Shown here: piece by piece, positions 12,898 to 25,328 of the stretch
How the letters are laid out: each line of letters opens with the position of its first letter
Numbering within the stretch: position 1 is the stretch's first letter
NCBI RefSeq assembly: GCF_006345805.1
Contig: NW_021833873.1
Location: 1 to 53,745 of the forward strand
DNA length: 53,745 nucleotides
Direction of reading: 5' to 3'
Source: Octopus sinensis
Lineage: Eukaryota
Notes under the pieces: generated by a model
The model's input: only the letters and a program-made list of their open reading frames with translations
Told to the model about the DNA's origin: nothing
The model's database searches: none
Program-made: the position numbers and the translations under genes

Positions 12898-13057
12898 TGG
12901 TATGGTGGTTGTCTACTCCTTATACAGAATTTGACCACCTCCTGTATCTACACCTTAGATCTATCATGACATCTGATGTGACTTTTTAAACCAGACAATG
13001 TTCTGAAAAGACACCCACAGAGACTGCACCTCTGATTTGGACCACCAAAAATACCTG
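12898..13057 (-). mobile_element. RTE-type LINE 3' end with one C2H2-like finger and (ATGT)n tail
   Basis: RCSLCGCLFRTLSGLKSHIRCH then stop, short 3' UTR, then (ATGT)n in sense orientation. Confidence 0.65.
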
Positions 13058-13143
13058 CATACATACATACATACATACATACATACATACATACATACAT
13101 ACATACATACATACATACATACATACATACATACATACATACA

Positions 13144-13510
13144 TGATGATGGCTGCCCCTTCGTTATCGAGTATGGCCATTGCACGAAGCTTAACTGTTA
13201 CTGATGCTGTGATCGAGTGTGACTTTTTAGCCCAGCTAAAGATCTACAATGTCTTGTACAGAATTGGCAACTAATGCCTTTACCGGTAATAACCAGCTGT
13301 AGTTGTAACTGGGTTTCATGTACCTTTACATGTCGATTAAGTCGTCCTGCCGAATTACACTCTCTTCCACATGCCTGACAGATATGATTAGTATGGTGTG
13401 TTACACCACCACCAGTGGCTAGGTTGTCACTCATCTGTCTCACGAAGATGACTCTTGAGTCCAGCTTTACTGAGGCAGGGTCTTGCACAGACACTGCATG
13501 TCAGCATCAA
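13144..13510 (-). mobile_element. RTE-type LINE 3' end with two C2H2-like fingers and (ATGT)n tail
   Basis: ICQACGRECNSAGRLNRHVKVH and CQFCTRHCRSLAGLKSHTRSQH; RTE-like end ggccatactcgataacgaaggggcagccatcatc followed by (ATGT)n at 13058-13143. Confidence 0.7.
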
Positions 13511-13521
13511 ACATACATACA

Positions 13522-14035
13522 TTCATACATAGAACCAGACAGTGACTCTCATGGCTTCTGATCTTAACTGATTGGAAGTGTTATCATGTACATTGTTTTG
13601 TCTTGGTACAAAAGATGGGCTACAGCAAATATTCTGCTCAATACCAGATTTTCTTGTCAATTGTTTGACCTTAACCAGTTGAGTATGTCCTTTAGCGGCT
13701 GACGATATTTGCATCTCTGATCACGCGTAGAAGTAGTGGGGGAGCATCATAGTCGTATGTTGAAAGGAATTCTTAGAGGTTTGGATAATTCACCTTTGGA
13801 AACATGGGTGCTTCGTTGAACATCTTTAAACAACCCTTATTAAGAGACCTTTTGAGCGGGATGGGTTACTCAACCTGAAGAAAATTCTAACTGGGCCCCA
13901 CCTGCAAGGCCACGTGCTGTTTATCTTGATATGAGGTCACCATGTCGCGCTGCATGTGCCTGGTGTACCCTTATCATACGGTATGCTGGACTTCGTATAT
14001 TTGTAACCCAGTGTCACTCTGATGACGTGCACTGC
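13522..14035. mobile_element. ~510-bp non-coding interspersed repeat bounded by (CATA)n on both sides
   Basis: Complex non-coding sequence between two CATA arrays; I recall it as an abundant octopus repeat but cannot verify; class unknown. Confidence 0.45.
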
Positions 14036-14037
14036 TT

Positions 14038-14209
14038 ACATACATACATACATACATCTATATATATATACATACATATACAATATATACATATACATAT
14101 ACATACATATATATACGTATGTATGTACGTAATATACACAGAGAGAGAGATAGATATATGGATATATATGTATGTATATATACATACATATATGTATGTA
14201 ATATGTACG

Positions 14210-14307
<98 letters not shown>

Positions 14308-14400
14308 ATATATGGGTGTGTATGATTGTGTACACAAGAATATATATATGTATATATATATATATGTATATATATGTATATATGTGTGTGTGTGATTATA
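14038..14400. repeat. (CATA)n/(TA)n compound microsatellite
   Basis: Direct reading. Confidence 0.95.
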
Positions 14401-15329
14401 TTATATGATATGTTGATCCGTACAATCATGACAGCTCAAGTAAACTGTCAATTTATTTCACCAGTGCGTGGGCCCAAATATTTATTGTTTTTGATACATC
14501 GCATTGGTTTATCGAAAAACAGATGAATTCTCTTTGTCTGCGCTTTTTGTCTTGTCATCCCCACCCTCGCCCCACCCCGTGTTGTTCCATTCCAATCTTT
14601 TATATTTGTTTGTTCATGTGAATTAGAATACTTCGTTCGAAATTTTAACATCTAAATGTTGACCTTTTGAGAAGCAACTCAAGAGATATATATGCCAGTA
14701 CACAGAGAAGAAAAGAGGATATGTACTGTATGTGATGGACGCCATAGGAATTATGTTAATGCATCGTTATCTTCTTGTCAGAGTTTATAATTTTGTTTGT
14801 CTTCTTTATTTTACACCATTCCAATCGAAGACTTATTCAGTTTTTCTGATAAACATTCGAAAATCTAAAAATCGATCGGATGAAAAAGAACAGAAAAATC
14901 CATTCGATATTCAAATACAAATGCATTTCAAAATCATTATTTAACAATACTGGAATTGAATTACAGAAAAATTCTGAAAGATTGATTTCAAATATAAATG
15001 TTCTTGCCTTCGTTTTTTTATTGCCGTCGTTGTTGTCGCTCCCTCGTCAGTTTTGCAGTGCAGTGGCCAGATGGTGAATGGAGAGAGAGAGAGTAAAAAG
15101 CGACATGTGATCGAGTGCATGTGGACATGCAAGGCATATTAATCCTCGAAAACTACAAGGCTGTTCTGGATATGTACACCATTGTGGATGCGGAAAGAAA
15201 ACCAGTTAGAAAAGAGTTTCAGAAAAAAAAATAAAATAAAATAAAATAAGCGCCCAGTTGTAAGAGAACTTTGAGAGCTTTCTGTCAAGAAAAGTAGAAT
15301 GATGGTGACGATGGCGATGGCGTTGGCGA

Positions 15330-15955
15330 TGACGAGGAGGGGAGGAAGACGAAGACGAAGGAAGAAGACGAAGGAGGAAGGCGAAGGAGCGGAAGAGGAA
15401 GGAGGAGGAAGGGGAGGAGGAAGACGAAGGTGAGGGAAGAGGAAGAATGGAGAAGAGGAGAAAGGAGAAGGACGATGAGGAGGAAGGAGAAGGGAGAGGA
15501 GGAGGAAGGAGAAGGAAGAAGAGGAGGAAGGAGAAGGAAGAGGAGGACGAAGGAGAAACGAGGGGGAGGAATGGATAAGGAGGGGAGGAGGATGGAATAG
15601 GCAAGAGGAATAGAGGTACATGGAAGATGATTAGGAAGGAGGAGGAGGAGGAGCTGCTTGTTGTTGGCATGAAAAATACATATATCCAATGTATATTATT
15701 GGACATTTATTTCATGATTCTCTTATTATTTGCTCTCGACCGAAGCAAGGCTCTATAACTTCACTATCTTCTGGTCAAAAAAAATATGTGTGAAGGGGGT
15801 CTCTAATAAACCAGCCTCTCAGGGGATGAGGAAGGGAGGAGGAGGGGAGCAGGACGACGAGATAGAGGAGGGAAGGAGAGGAGATGGAGGTGGGGGAATA
15901 TGGAGAAGGAGGAGGAGGGGGGAGATAGAGGAGGAGGAGGAGGAGGGAGAGGGAG
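15330..15955. repeat. Two purine-rich (GGA/GAA)n low-complexity tracts (15330-15651, 15825-15955)
   Basis: Direct reading; S/P/L-rich minus ORFs are artefacts. Confidence 0.9.
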
Positions 15956-15959
15956 ATTT

Positions 15960-16500
15960 GTAAGTGGGTATCTTTGTGCTTAATTTGGTCTCGTGTTTTG
16001 ACCAAAGCCTGCTTTCCAAATTTCCAAAAGTTGTCGAGGCCTTCTTGATTCTCTATAAGAATAACAAACTTGATTCATCTGACAGGACACTTCCCAGATA
16101 AGTAAAAGACTTCATCACTTTTACTTCTTTATCTCCAGCTAATATCTTTGGCTTAACATAAGCTTTTCCAGGTACAATCTGCAACATAACTTCTGTTTTC
16201 TTGAAATTCATTTAGAAGCCAAAAGTCATGTAAGGTGCATTTTAAAACCGTAATCATATCCTGCAGTTCCTGTTCTATGTGAGATACTAAACCACAATAA
16301 GAGTTTCCTAAGCAAAGATTCAAGTATCTTAGTATCTGCGATAAATCTCTTGGTGTAGAACAATTTTCCTGTAGTTCTAAATCTCATGTAGATTCCCTTA
16401 GTGTTACCTTTAAATGCTACCATGAATACAGCTGTAAAGTAAAGATCAAATAACGTTGGCGCAAGAATGTCTCTTTGCTTTACTCCACCTTTAACAAGAA
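15960..16500 (-). mobile_element. RTE-clade LINE reverse-transcriptase fragment, decayed
   Basis: GGVKQRDILAPTLF; GIYMRFRTTGKLF; MNFKKTEVML; RLWSKHETKLSTKIPTYK match RTE RT and thumb regions. Confidence 0.8.
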
Positions 16501-16634
16501 AATTTCAGATATATTACCATTAAAATACACTCTAATGTGTGTGAATGAATGAATGAATAAATGCAAAGAAGATATAACGAACAAACCGGTCATTTTGTAC
16601 TTCACATAAAGTGCAATGTTATTTCATCCTTATA

Positions 16635-16806
16635 GGCGGAGGAGTGGCTGTGTGGTAAGTAGATTGCTTACAAACCACATGGTTCCGGGTTCAGTCCCAC
16701 GGCGTGGCATCTTGGGCAAGTGTCTTCTACTATAGCCTCGGGCCGACCAAAGCTTTGCGAGTGGATTTGGATGACGGAAACTGAAAGGAGCCCGTCGTAT
16801 GTGTGT

Positions 16807-16845
<39 letters not shown>

Positions 16846-17051
16846 GTGTGTGTGTGTGTGTGTCCAACATCGCTTGACAACCGATGCTGGTGTGTTTACG
16901 TCACCGAAACTTAGCGGTTCGGCAAAAGAGACCGATAGAATAAGTACTAGGCTTACAAAGAATAAGTCCTGTTGTCGATGTGCTCGACTAAAGGCGATGC
17001 TCCAGCATGGCCACAGTCAAGTGACTGAAACAAGTAAAAGAGTAAAAAGAG
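16635..17051 (+). mobile_element. CORE-type SINE family A
   Basis: Near-identical to 6981-7392. Confidence 0.9.
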
Positions 17052-17949
17052 TTACTTACGAGATATGTTGCTCGTATGGTTTCAACGAATCGCGAAGAAA
17101 ATATTTTTAAAAATTAAATTTTTAATTTCACTGAGTAATATATTACCTAAAATATCAAAATTTTCCATGTCAGCTGCTTGTTGTTGGCATGAAAAATATA
17201 TATATCCAATGTATATTATTGGACATTTATTTCATGATTCTCTTATTATCACTTCGGTAAACAAAACTTTGCTTTTGCTAAGAAGATCTGCATCAACCTG
17301 ACAGGAGCTATTTGCTGTACGTTTAAGAATAATTAAAATAATTCGTTGGTTAAAACAGTCTTTCCCGCAAACACATAATTATTGAAAATATTACATTTAT
17401 TAAGACTTACAAATTTTTTTACATTCATTTATTAATCATTAGAATTTTTCATTAATTCTAATCAGCTTTCAAATGTTTACTAGCTTAAATATTTTATCCT
17501 TAACTTTGTTATTTTTCATCCAAAAAGCATCTCAGAATAATTTCTCAGAATAATTTAATCGCTGAGAAAATGATTTTCAAGAAGCAATAACAATGCCGTT
17601 GATAATTCTAATTAGGACTAGAATCACATTTAAAGATACATGATATAACTTTCTTGTTCGTTCTTATAATCTCTATCCACGTCGGCACTGAGATTAAAGC
17701 TGCTAATGTAATTGCTTAATGTCAATTAATTAGCTTAATTACAAATTACTTATCAGTTTAACTTAAAAGCATAAAATTGACATCTTTTGCATATATGACT
17801 TAACAAGAATAAAAGCCACTCAACAATTCACACACGTTTACACATCACACACACCAAAACACACACAGTGTTACACTCAATACTCAATCACACTTCCGCT
17901 CAAACATATGTGTATTTGTATATTTATGTATATGTATATATCGAACAAC

Positions 17950-18001
17950 AGTATGTATGTATGTATGTATGTATGTATGTATGTATGTATATGTGTACGT
18001 A

Positions 18002-18092
<91 letters not shown>

Positions 18093-18160
18093 GTGCGCGC
18101 GTGTGTGTGTGCGCGCGTGTGTGTGCGCGCGCGTGTGTGTGCGCGCGCGTGTGTGTGCGT
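17950..18160. repeat. (TATG)n, (TG)n, (CG/TG)n microsatellite
   Basis: Direct reading. Confidence 0.95.
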
Positions 18161-18395
18161 ACGTTCTCTTCTGTTATTAATTATTTGAATTCTTCCTCTG
18201 AAGAAGGAGCTGATTTCTAACAAAGATACAAAACTCCATCTCTCGAATGTAGATAACAAAAACAATATTACATTTTAAACCTGGGGAAAGTCTTGCATAT
18301 CTTTACTGTTCCACTTACCGATTGTATTTATAATGTGCTAGTTAATTGGTCCGTTTCCTTTTCTGAAAACCCTACCTTCTCCAGATTATTACTTA

Positions 18396-18636
18396 GGCAC
18401 AGGCGTGAATTTGTAGTAAGAAGTTACCTTCCCAGCCACGTGGTTCTGGGTTTAGTCCCACAGCACGGCACATTGGGCAAGTGTCTTCGACTATAGTCTC
18501 AGGCCGACGAAAGCCTTGTGAATACGTCCCCATAACTTAGCAGTTCGGCAACTGGGACTGGTAGAATAAGAACCAAACTTTAAAAAATAAGTACTGAGGT
18601 TGATCTTTTCGACTAATAACCTCCCAATGCGGTACC
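18396..18636 (+). mobile_element. Older, internally deleted SINE family A
   Basis: Diverged head, ttgggcaagtgtcttc CORE motif, and 3' pieces (cgtccccataacttagcagttcggc). Confidence 0.75.
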
Positions 18637-19059
18637 TTGAAAGATAAAAGATAAAGCAGATTATCCGAAATATTCTGGAACTTAAGAATGAGCAGAATTT
18701 TTATAAGTTTACTTACTGAAAAAATTATGGAACATTTACGAACAGCACTTGCTGAATTCAACCGTCGTTTGGAAACAAATATATAACCGCTGTCGTAACT
18801 GATGTAACAAGGAATCATGGTTCAATTTAGTTAGGATACTAACTGCGACTAGACTTCATTTGGCTGTTTGTAATGTTCTTTACGAAAAAAACAAAAATAA
18901 AATAATAATAATTAACTAATTTTACTAATGGCTCTTTCCAACAAAAAATCGACATTCGAGGGTTAGGGTCAAAAAGAAGATTCTGCAGTTATGAATGTGG
19001 TTAGTGATTTCTGGCGATCTGCAGCAAACTGAACACAAAGAAAATAGTTCCTATTGCAG

Positions 19060-19110
19060 AAGACAGTTTCGCTGTAGAAGAGAAAATGAGAACAATTAAC
19101 GTTTCATTTC
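19060..19110 (+). CDS. Candidate 51-nt internal exon of an unidentified host gene
   Basis: ttcctattgcag acceptor, gtaagt donor, phase 1-1, only one open frame: (E)DSFAVEEKMRTINVSF. No homology recognised. Confidence 0.3.
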
Positions 19111-20410
19111 GTAAGTCCTCAGCAAAAAAAAAATATTTAAAAAATGAATATTTCGGGAACATGTTGAAGAGGATTATTTTCCTGAACTGCCATTAATCAG
19201 TGGCCAGATAGCGTAGTTTATTTGCAATCTTAGAACTATTCATTTTCCTTAAAAGCTGTTATAATCAATATAAAAGCATCCACTCGACTTTTAAAATAAT
19301 GGATTTAATGCTATTTATACAGTTTCAGCATTAGAACCAATTAAAGTGAAGTTGAAAATCTACATTTAAGGGATGCAACATTTGTCACGATAGAAAAAAA
19401 GATTTGTTTTTGTTTAAAATAAAATTGAATCATCAAAATACTCCATTGTCACTTTTACTGAGAGTGTCAAGAAAATAATTAAACAGCAAAGGATTGATAA
19501 AGTATTTAAATAACACTTTTTAATTTTGGTGCATTCGACTCAATTCTAATTGCGTCATCGGAAACAAAGTTGCAAAATATCAGAGAAATTGCATAAAAGA
19601 AAGTGCATCGCTTTATCAAAAGAAAATTACATATTCCGATTCCAAACCCATGATAATTGAAGCACCCACTTCCCCCAAAAGGAAATGTCTATACTACAGA
19701 GATTAAAAAGGACATCGTTAAGGAATATATATATATTAAATTACTGCAAACAGAAGTGTCACCTGGCATAAACAATTGTGTAACCTTGGGACCATTTCAA
19801 TCAAAGCAGAGAGAAAGCCTTTTCTTTGTTATAAAATCCTAATTAAATTCAAGTGACAACAAACTATCAACAACTCCTGCTTCATGAAATAAAATATCAA
19901 ATTGATTGAAATATTTTTAATAGTTAAGACATTTTTCACGTTAATCTCTTTGTAAGAGTTTTCTATACAAAAACGTTTTTATAAAATAAATGTTTTCATC
20001 CTCAATTTTTGCCTTTTGATGTCCAAAACACTAAATCATCACATAAGATAGTTCAAAATGAAGTATGAAAATCGACGCCTATCCCCTGAGTTTTTATTTA
20101 ATACTTCATGTTAAAATATAATTGTATTCTATTTATTAACCCACTCGTTCCAAGGATCTCTGTGTATTTTCCCTTTTCGTTTAATATTTTTACGGTTTTA
20201 CCGTTTTATTTTTCATTTATCTTCTTGACTATATGGGATTGAGTGTTATTGATTTATGTGTCTCTCAATCTATTTTAACAGATTCCTATAGAGTATATAT
20301 CAAACAAGTCAATTTTAACATTGTCAAGTTTTGTAATTTGCTTCTTTCATAAGCACATGTATAAGAACGGATCAAATAACCGTAAACTGCAAATTTCTAT
20401 CTCGCCGTAG

Positions 20411-20446
20411 TGGAAGGACAACCAACAGCAGAACATATGAGAAGGG
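20411..20446 (+). CDS. Candidate 36-nt internal exon
   Basis: tttctatctcgccgtag acceptor, G|gtaaca donor, phase 1-1, EGQPTAEHMRR. Confidence 0.2.
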
Positions 20447-20490
20447 GTAACAACGTTAACCATGATCCTGTAGCGATGGAATCAATTGTT

Positions 20491-22052
20491 GATTCCCACA
20501 ATTGTTGATTGCCCACAAAGGGACTAAACAAAGATGGGACAGTACAGGATATTACAAAGTGGGGTAAACATCGAATGAAAAATGAATGATTATATAATAA
20601 GAAAGATGAAATGATGGTTACCCGGGCCCCACGGCCCAGGTAAATTCATTGAACATTTTTAAAACGAACATAAATTTTCAAAAGATTATTTCTTTTTTTA
20701 CTTTGCTTGGTGTTGTTTGTGAAGTCACTACGGTTTTTATCTTATCTTTTCTTTTTTAGTGTTTTCATTTGTCCCTGGTGTTATTTGTTCTTGTGTGTTC
20801 GTGTTTGTATATTCTTGTGTCTTTAAGCTTTTTTTTTTTGCTTGTGGGAGGGAGAGAACGAGCGTTTTTCTTCTTTCTCTTCCTCCGAGCATCTTTCCAT
20901 TCCTGTTACTTACCTCTATAGACGTTGATGTTAAGGGTGTGTCTTCCAGTGTTCGTAACCATCTCTCTCTCCTCCATCACCTCCCGCTTCTTCTTCAACC
21001 TGTGACCTTCTCTTCAACTCTCTCTTACTGCATACTGCCCCCCCCCTCTGACTTTCTCCTTTTGCTTCAGGTTGTAGGGCCTGAGGCACGTCTTTCTTAT
21101 ATGCCCTTTCTGTCCTCACCCGAATCACTTTGGAATTCTGCTCTGTACGGTGACTTTCAATTCCGTTTCACTCGGAAGAATGACGAATTCCGGCGTATCG
21201 TCAACGCCCGCTGGTGTGGCCTGAATCGTTACTCATAAGCTCTTTCCAGACCAGTTCTGGACACTTCTGTCCTCAAACTCCTAACTTCCTCTTTTATGTT
21301 GGCGAAGGCGGCTGCCAGGAACCGTGTTGGTTTAATTTCCGCTGCAAATCAATCTACAGTTATTTTTGTTGTTCTTTTGCCGAGATATGTCGGCAAAAGA
21401 ACCAATTCTTTGATCTTCAGGCTGATTTCTGAGTCGACCCTGGCATCATTCTCGGCTATAAACTGAGCTTCCACAGTATCGTATTTCCTTCCACGTCTTA
21501 CAAATGCTAGTTGTTCAAAATAGGCTTCAATGCCTATTCTATCTCTTCTATGGACGCTATCTCTATATTTTTAGTCTTCAGTGATAGCGTCCTGTAAACA
21601 CCGTTTTCCTCTTCATTTCCTCCGTTACCCCCTTTGGGAGAGTTAATCTTACTTAAGCTCACTCCCCCCGAAACATTGTTTAAAATGTCTTTACAGCTTC
21701 CGGCTTCAAGTTATAGCGTTTCAAATGTCTGCCTGCCGCGGCCGCATATCCTCCAGTGCTCTCTCCTGAATCGCTGGTGTAGTCTCCGTTGCACTCCCAG
21801 GGCTCGCAAAACATATCGTCTTCCATTTTGTGTAGGCACACCCTACACAAAATGTAAATAATTCGCCACTAAACGGGGGGAAACAACAGTGAATAAGCCT
21901 GTAAAGGCCAGCAATGTGTCGTAAGGCACAAACAGTTCTTAAACAATTTATCAGCAAAGGTAGTCCCAAAAGGGAAAACCTGCAACAAAAATCAAGAGTA
22001 ATTCAACAACAATAGATTTTTGATAATAGATATGTATAACTAACCGTAACAC
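20491..22052 (-). mobile_element. ORF1-only Tx1-like non-LTR element (HAL1-like), decayed
   Basis: Minus strand ~21830-20760 gives a broken ORF1 (FVRRGRKYDTVEAQF...LLPTYLGKRTTKITV...G*GQKGHIRKTC) with the same layout as the Tx1 ORF1 at 39495-41415; no EN/RT follows; Tx1-type tail at ~20507-20550; TSD gcgatggaa[t/g]caattgtt at 20473-20490 and 22053-22070. Confidence 0.6.
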
Positions 22053-22070
22053 GCGATGGAAGCAATTGTT

Positions 22071-22175
22071 AATTCTTAATTATCCGCAAAGGGACTAAAC
22101 AAAGAGGGGACAGTACAGGACATTACATGCGAGTGGTGTTTTTCAATTATTTAAACAAATGTTGAACATTTATTA
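22071..22175 (-). mobile_element. Short 3' tail fragment of the same family
   Basis: caaagggactaaacaaagagggacagtacagga nearly identical to the tail at ~20515-20550. Confidence 0.55.
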
Positions 22176-22504
22176 TACATACATTAAGAGTTCAATACAC
22201 AACTACATCCCTTTGCTGCTTTCATTTTCCAGGAAATTACGAACTTTAGGAGATTGAGAAATCCTAATACACAAATCCAGGACTATCAACTTACCTTCTG
22301 AGTCCAAGAAGATGATCAGTATCGTGGGAATTTTTACTTGGATGAATATCAGCCCCCGGATAAATCGTTATTAATCTTCCAAATTTTTAGAACGGTGAAG
22401 TGCTTTTGAGCAAGGTTTCTAATAATTCTAATATATTCGAATTTATGATCATGAGCCACAAAGCTCATGTCAGATCATATATTTTTTTAAGCAGAGTTAA
22501 AGTA

Positions 22505-22849
22505 TGAAGGTATGCGCTCTAACTTATGCCTTTTCGTCGACACGCATCTATACAGAATTGTTTTCTTCTCTGTTTGTTCAAAGATATGTCGTGGTGTATT
22601 GAGCATAACTTTTCTCTGTTCCAGATGATTTATATCTTTCTTTGCCTCTTTTAAATGTTCATGCTTGTTCTCTAATGGGATAACATCAAACGCATTTGTG
22701 ATTTTGGCAAAAGAAATAATGCTGCTCTTGGTAGTGTTAGGACCCTCGTTGTCGCTGCTATTATTACTTCTTATCTGGATTGTGGAAAATATATGGAGCA
22801 ATAAAGAACCTGGGTGGATTAATAGAAAAATAGGCAGAATGAGAGACAT
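22505..22849 (-). mobile_element. Probable inverted N-terminal piece of the adjacent R4/Dong LINE
   Basis: PLENKHEHLKEAKKDINHLEQ...YRCVSTKRHKLER resembles the R4/Dong segment upstream of RT (compare KASTKASRIAR in the copy at ~28525). Confidence 0.45.
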
Positions 22850-23236
22850 TACCTATTAGGAATGGCAAGAAAGAAAGCTGTGAGGGCTAAGGCAGGTACT
22901 TAATATAGCACATAAATGGAATTCACCTTAAACAGACCAAATCCCTGACTTTGGCTAAATGTACTTACAGGGATTCATAAAGAACTTGTTTGTGAAATTA
23001 CATCTATAATACAAAACTCATCTGAAACCCCGAGTTCACTAACTGAAGCACAACATACTGTCTCTTGAAAACAGCTGAAACATAAAACCAAAAAAACTAT
23101 AGGTCCAAAATTTGTCTCTCTGTCACCTACAGATTCCTGACATCTATACTAACTGAGCGAACATCCAAAACCCTTGATGAAAATGGAATCATTCCACAAG
23201 AACAATAAAGAGGAGAGTGGGACTCGTATGGGTACA

Positions 23237-23239
<3 letters not shown>

Positions 23240-23302
<63 letters not shown>

Positions 23303-23625
23303 CAGTAGTTTGGGGACATGCGCTGTAACAACGTGTATCTTCGTCCACCATTTGTTGGTGATGCCCCTCCTCATGGTGGATCATACTTTTGCACCACTCA
23401 GGTGACAGCCCTCCAACCCGTGGGTCTGTTTGGGTAGTCGTTGTTGGTAGGAGTTTTACAAGGTCAGAATGTAGATCCTACTTCAACCACTTTTAGGTCT
23501 ATTCTTTGACATGCCGGTCCCCACACAGCACTAGAGCAACGCAAAATGAAGTGATTTGGTCAAGAACAAAACACAGCACCTAGTCCGGAAAGCGAACCCT
23601 AGCTACTAGGCCACGCGCCTTCACA
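23240..23625 (-). mobile_element. CORE-type SINE family D with (CTA)n tail, nested in the Dong LINE
   Basis: Head aaggcgcgtggcctagtag, CORE-like tcttgaccaaatcacttcattttgcgttgctc, (CTA)n tail; 13-bp TSD tatgggt[a/g]caaag at 23227-23239 and 23626-23638. Confidence 0.75.
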
Positions 23626-25328
23626 TATGGGTGCAAAGACCAACTATTAATTGATAAGATGATTCTAGAATACTATCAGTCCAAAGAGACACATCTAAAT
23701 CCTATGACAGTATAATACATTAATGGATATTGGAAGACCTAGAAATTTGCAAAATGCCTTCCAAAATATCTAATTGTTAAAGAGCCGGCATGTCAAAATG
23801 GAGTACAGCTCTTTTCCTAAGCCATAACAAAGGAGCCATACAGTCAGATAATCTTGAAATTAATTGCGGAAAATTTCAAGGCAACTCACTCTCCCCTCTC
23901 CTCTTTTGCTTTGCTTTCATTTTCATATCAAGTAAGCTCAGCAACACAGGATACGAGTATAAGATGAACAGCAGCAATGAGGCCCTTTAGCATTTTTTTT
24001 TTATGGATGACCTCAAATGTACGCTAAAAAGGACCAAGATTTTGGACATCTAGCAAATGTGAAGCAATATAACAATGACATTGGCATGGAATTTGGCATT
24101 GACAAGTGCGCCAAAGCAACGTTTAAAAGAGGGAAACTAACAAAGACACTATCCGTTAAACTCGATATAGATACAACCAAACATGAGTTAGATACAGAAG
24201 GCATCTATAAATATCTTTACATAAACGAAGGTGATGGAATTAAACATATTCAAATGAAGAACAAAATACGAAAAGATTTCTGCAGAAGAGTAAGGCTGAT
24301 CCTGAAAATAGAGCTAAATTCTAAAATCCGTTTCAAGTACGTTATCTGTACCAGAGGTTCAATACAGTTATGACATCATTAATTGGAACTTTTCTGATCC
24401 CCTGAGAATGAACATAAAAACTTGAAAACTTCTTACAGTCAATAAAATGTAGCGACCCAAAACAGACGTAGATCGCCTATATTTATCAAGACAAGGAGGA
24501 GGAGGAGGAGGAGGAGGAGGAGGAGGAGGGCTAATCCTACTAGAACTGTCATACAAAACAACTACAACAGGCTTGCAAACGTACCTAGAGAGCACCAATG
24601 ACTGGATAATGAAGTTAGTAAGAGATCATAAAAGACAAAAGAATTTCTCTGTATTCAAAGAAGCGGAAAAGTACTGGAGAGTACAGGAAAGAACTAAGAA
24701 CCGAAGACATACAGCTTACTAATGAAGTTGATCTAATTCCAACTAAAGCAGCAAAAGTCTTCAGAGGCAAGGCAAAGTCAGATGGTCTAATGCCATTTAG
24801 AGAAAGACAGCAGCAAAAACCTCTACACGGCTAATTACGACTTCGCTTCCTAGGCGCTGATGTAGGCAGACGATGCCCAAACCCATCAGTGGCTGGGAAG
24901 TTCGGAAACGGAAGGATTTATTTGTGTTGCTCAAGACCAAAGCCGCTGTACTAGGAATTATCAGGCATATATTTTCGGAAACGTAGCAGACCCCAAATGC
25001 AAGATGTGTGACGTACAGCTTGAAACAATGTACCATATAATATCAGGATACCCCATGCTAACACCAATTAAACATAAGATCAGACACGATAGGGTTGGGG
25101 CAACACGTCCACTGGATCATAAGCAAACAATATAAAGCAGAACATACAGAAAACTTATATGGACACAAACCACAACCAGTAACTGAAACTGAGGGAGTAA
25201 CAATCCTTTGGGACCATTCACACAAATCGTACTAATAATGCAAACCATCCTGATATTATTATTAAAGATTTTAAAAGCAAGACCTGCTTACTCTTCAACA
25301 TGACTCTACCGTCTGATAGAAATGCCTA

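Noticed and set aside
13695-13735. CUGACGA (also CUGAUGA at ~14018)
   Set aside because: No GAAA with paired stems at suitable spacing.
15139-15706. Ser/Pro/Leu-rich minus-strand ORFs
   Set aside because: Reverse complement of a (GGA/GAA)n tract.
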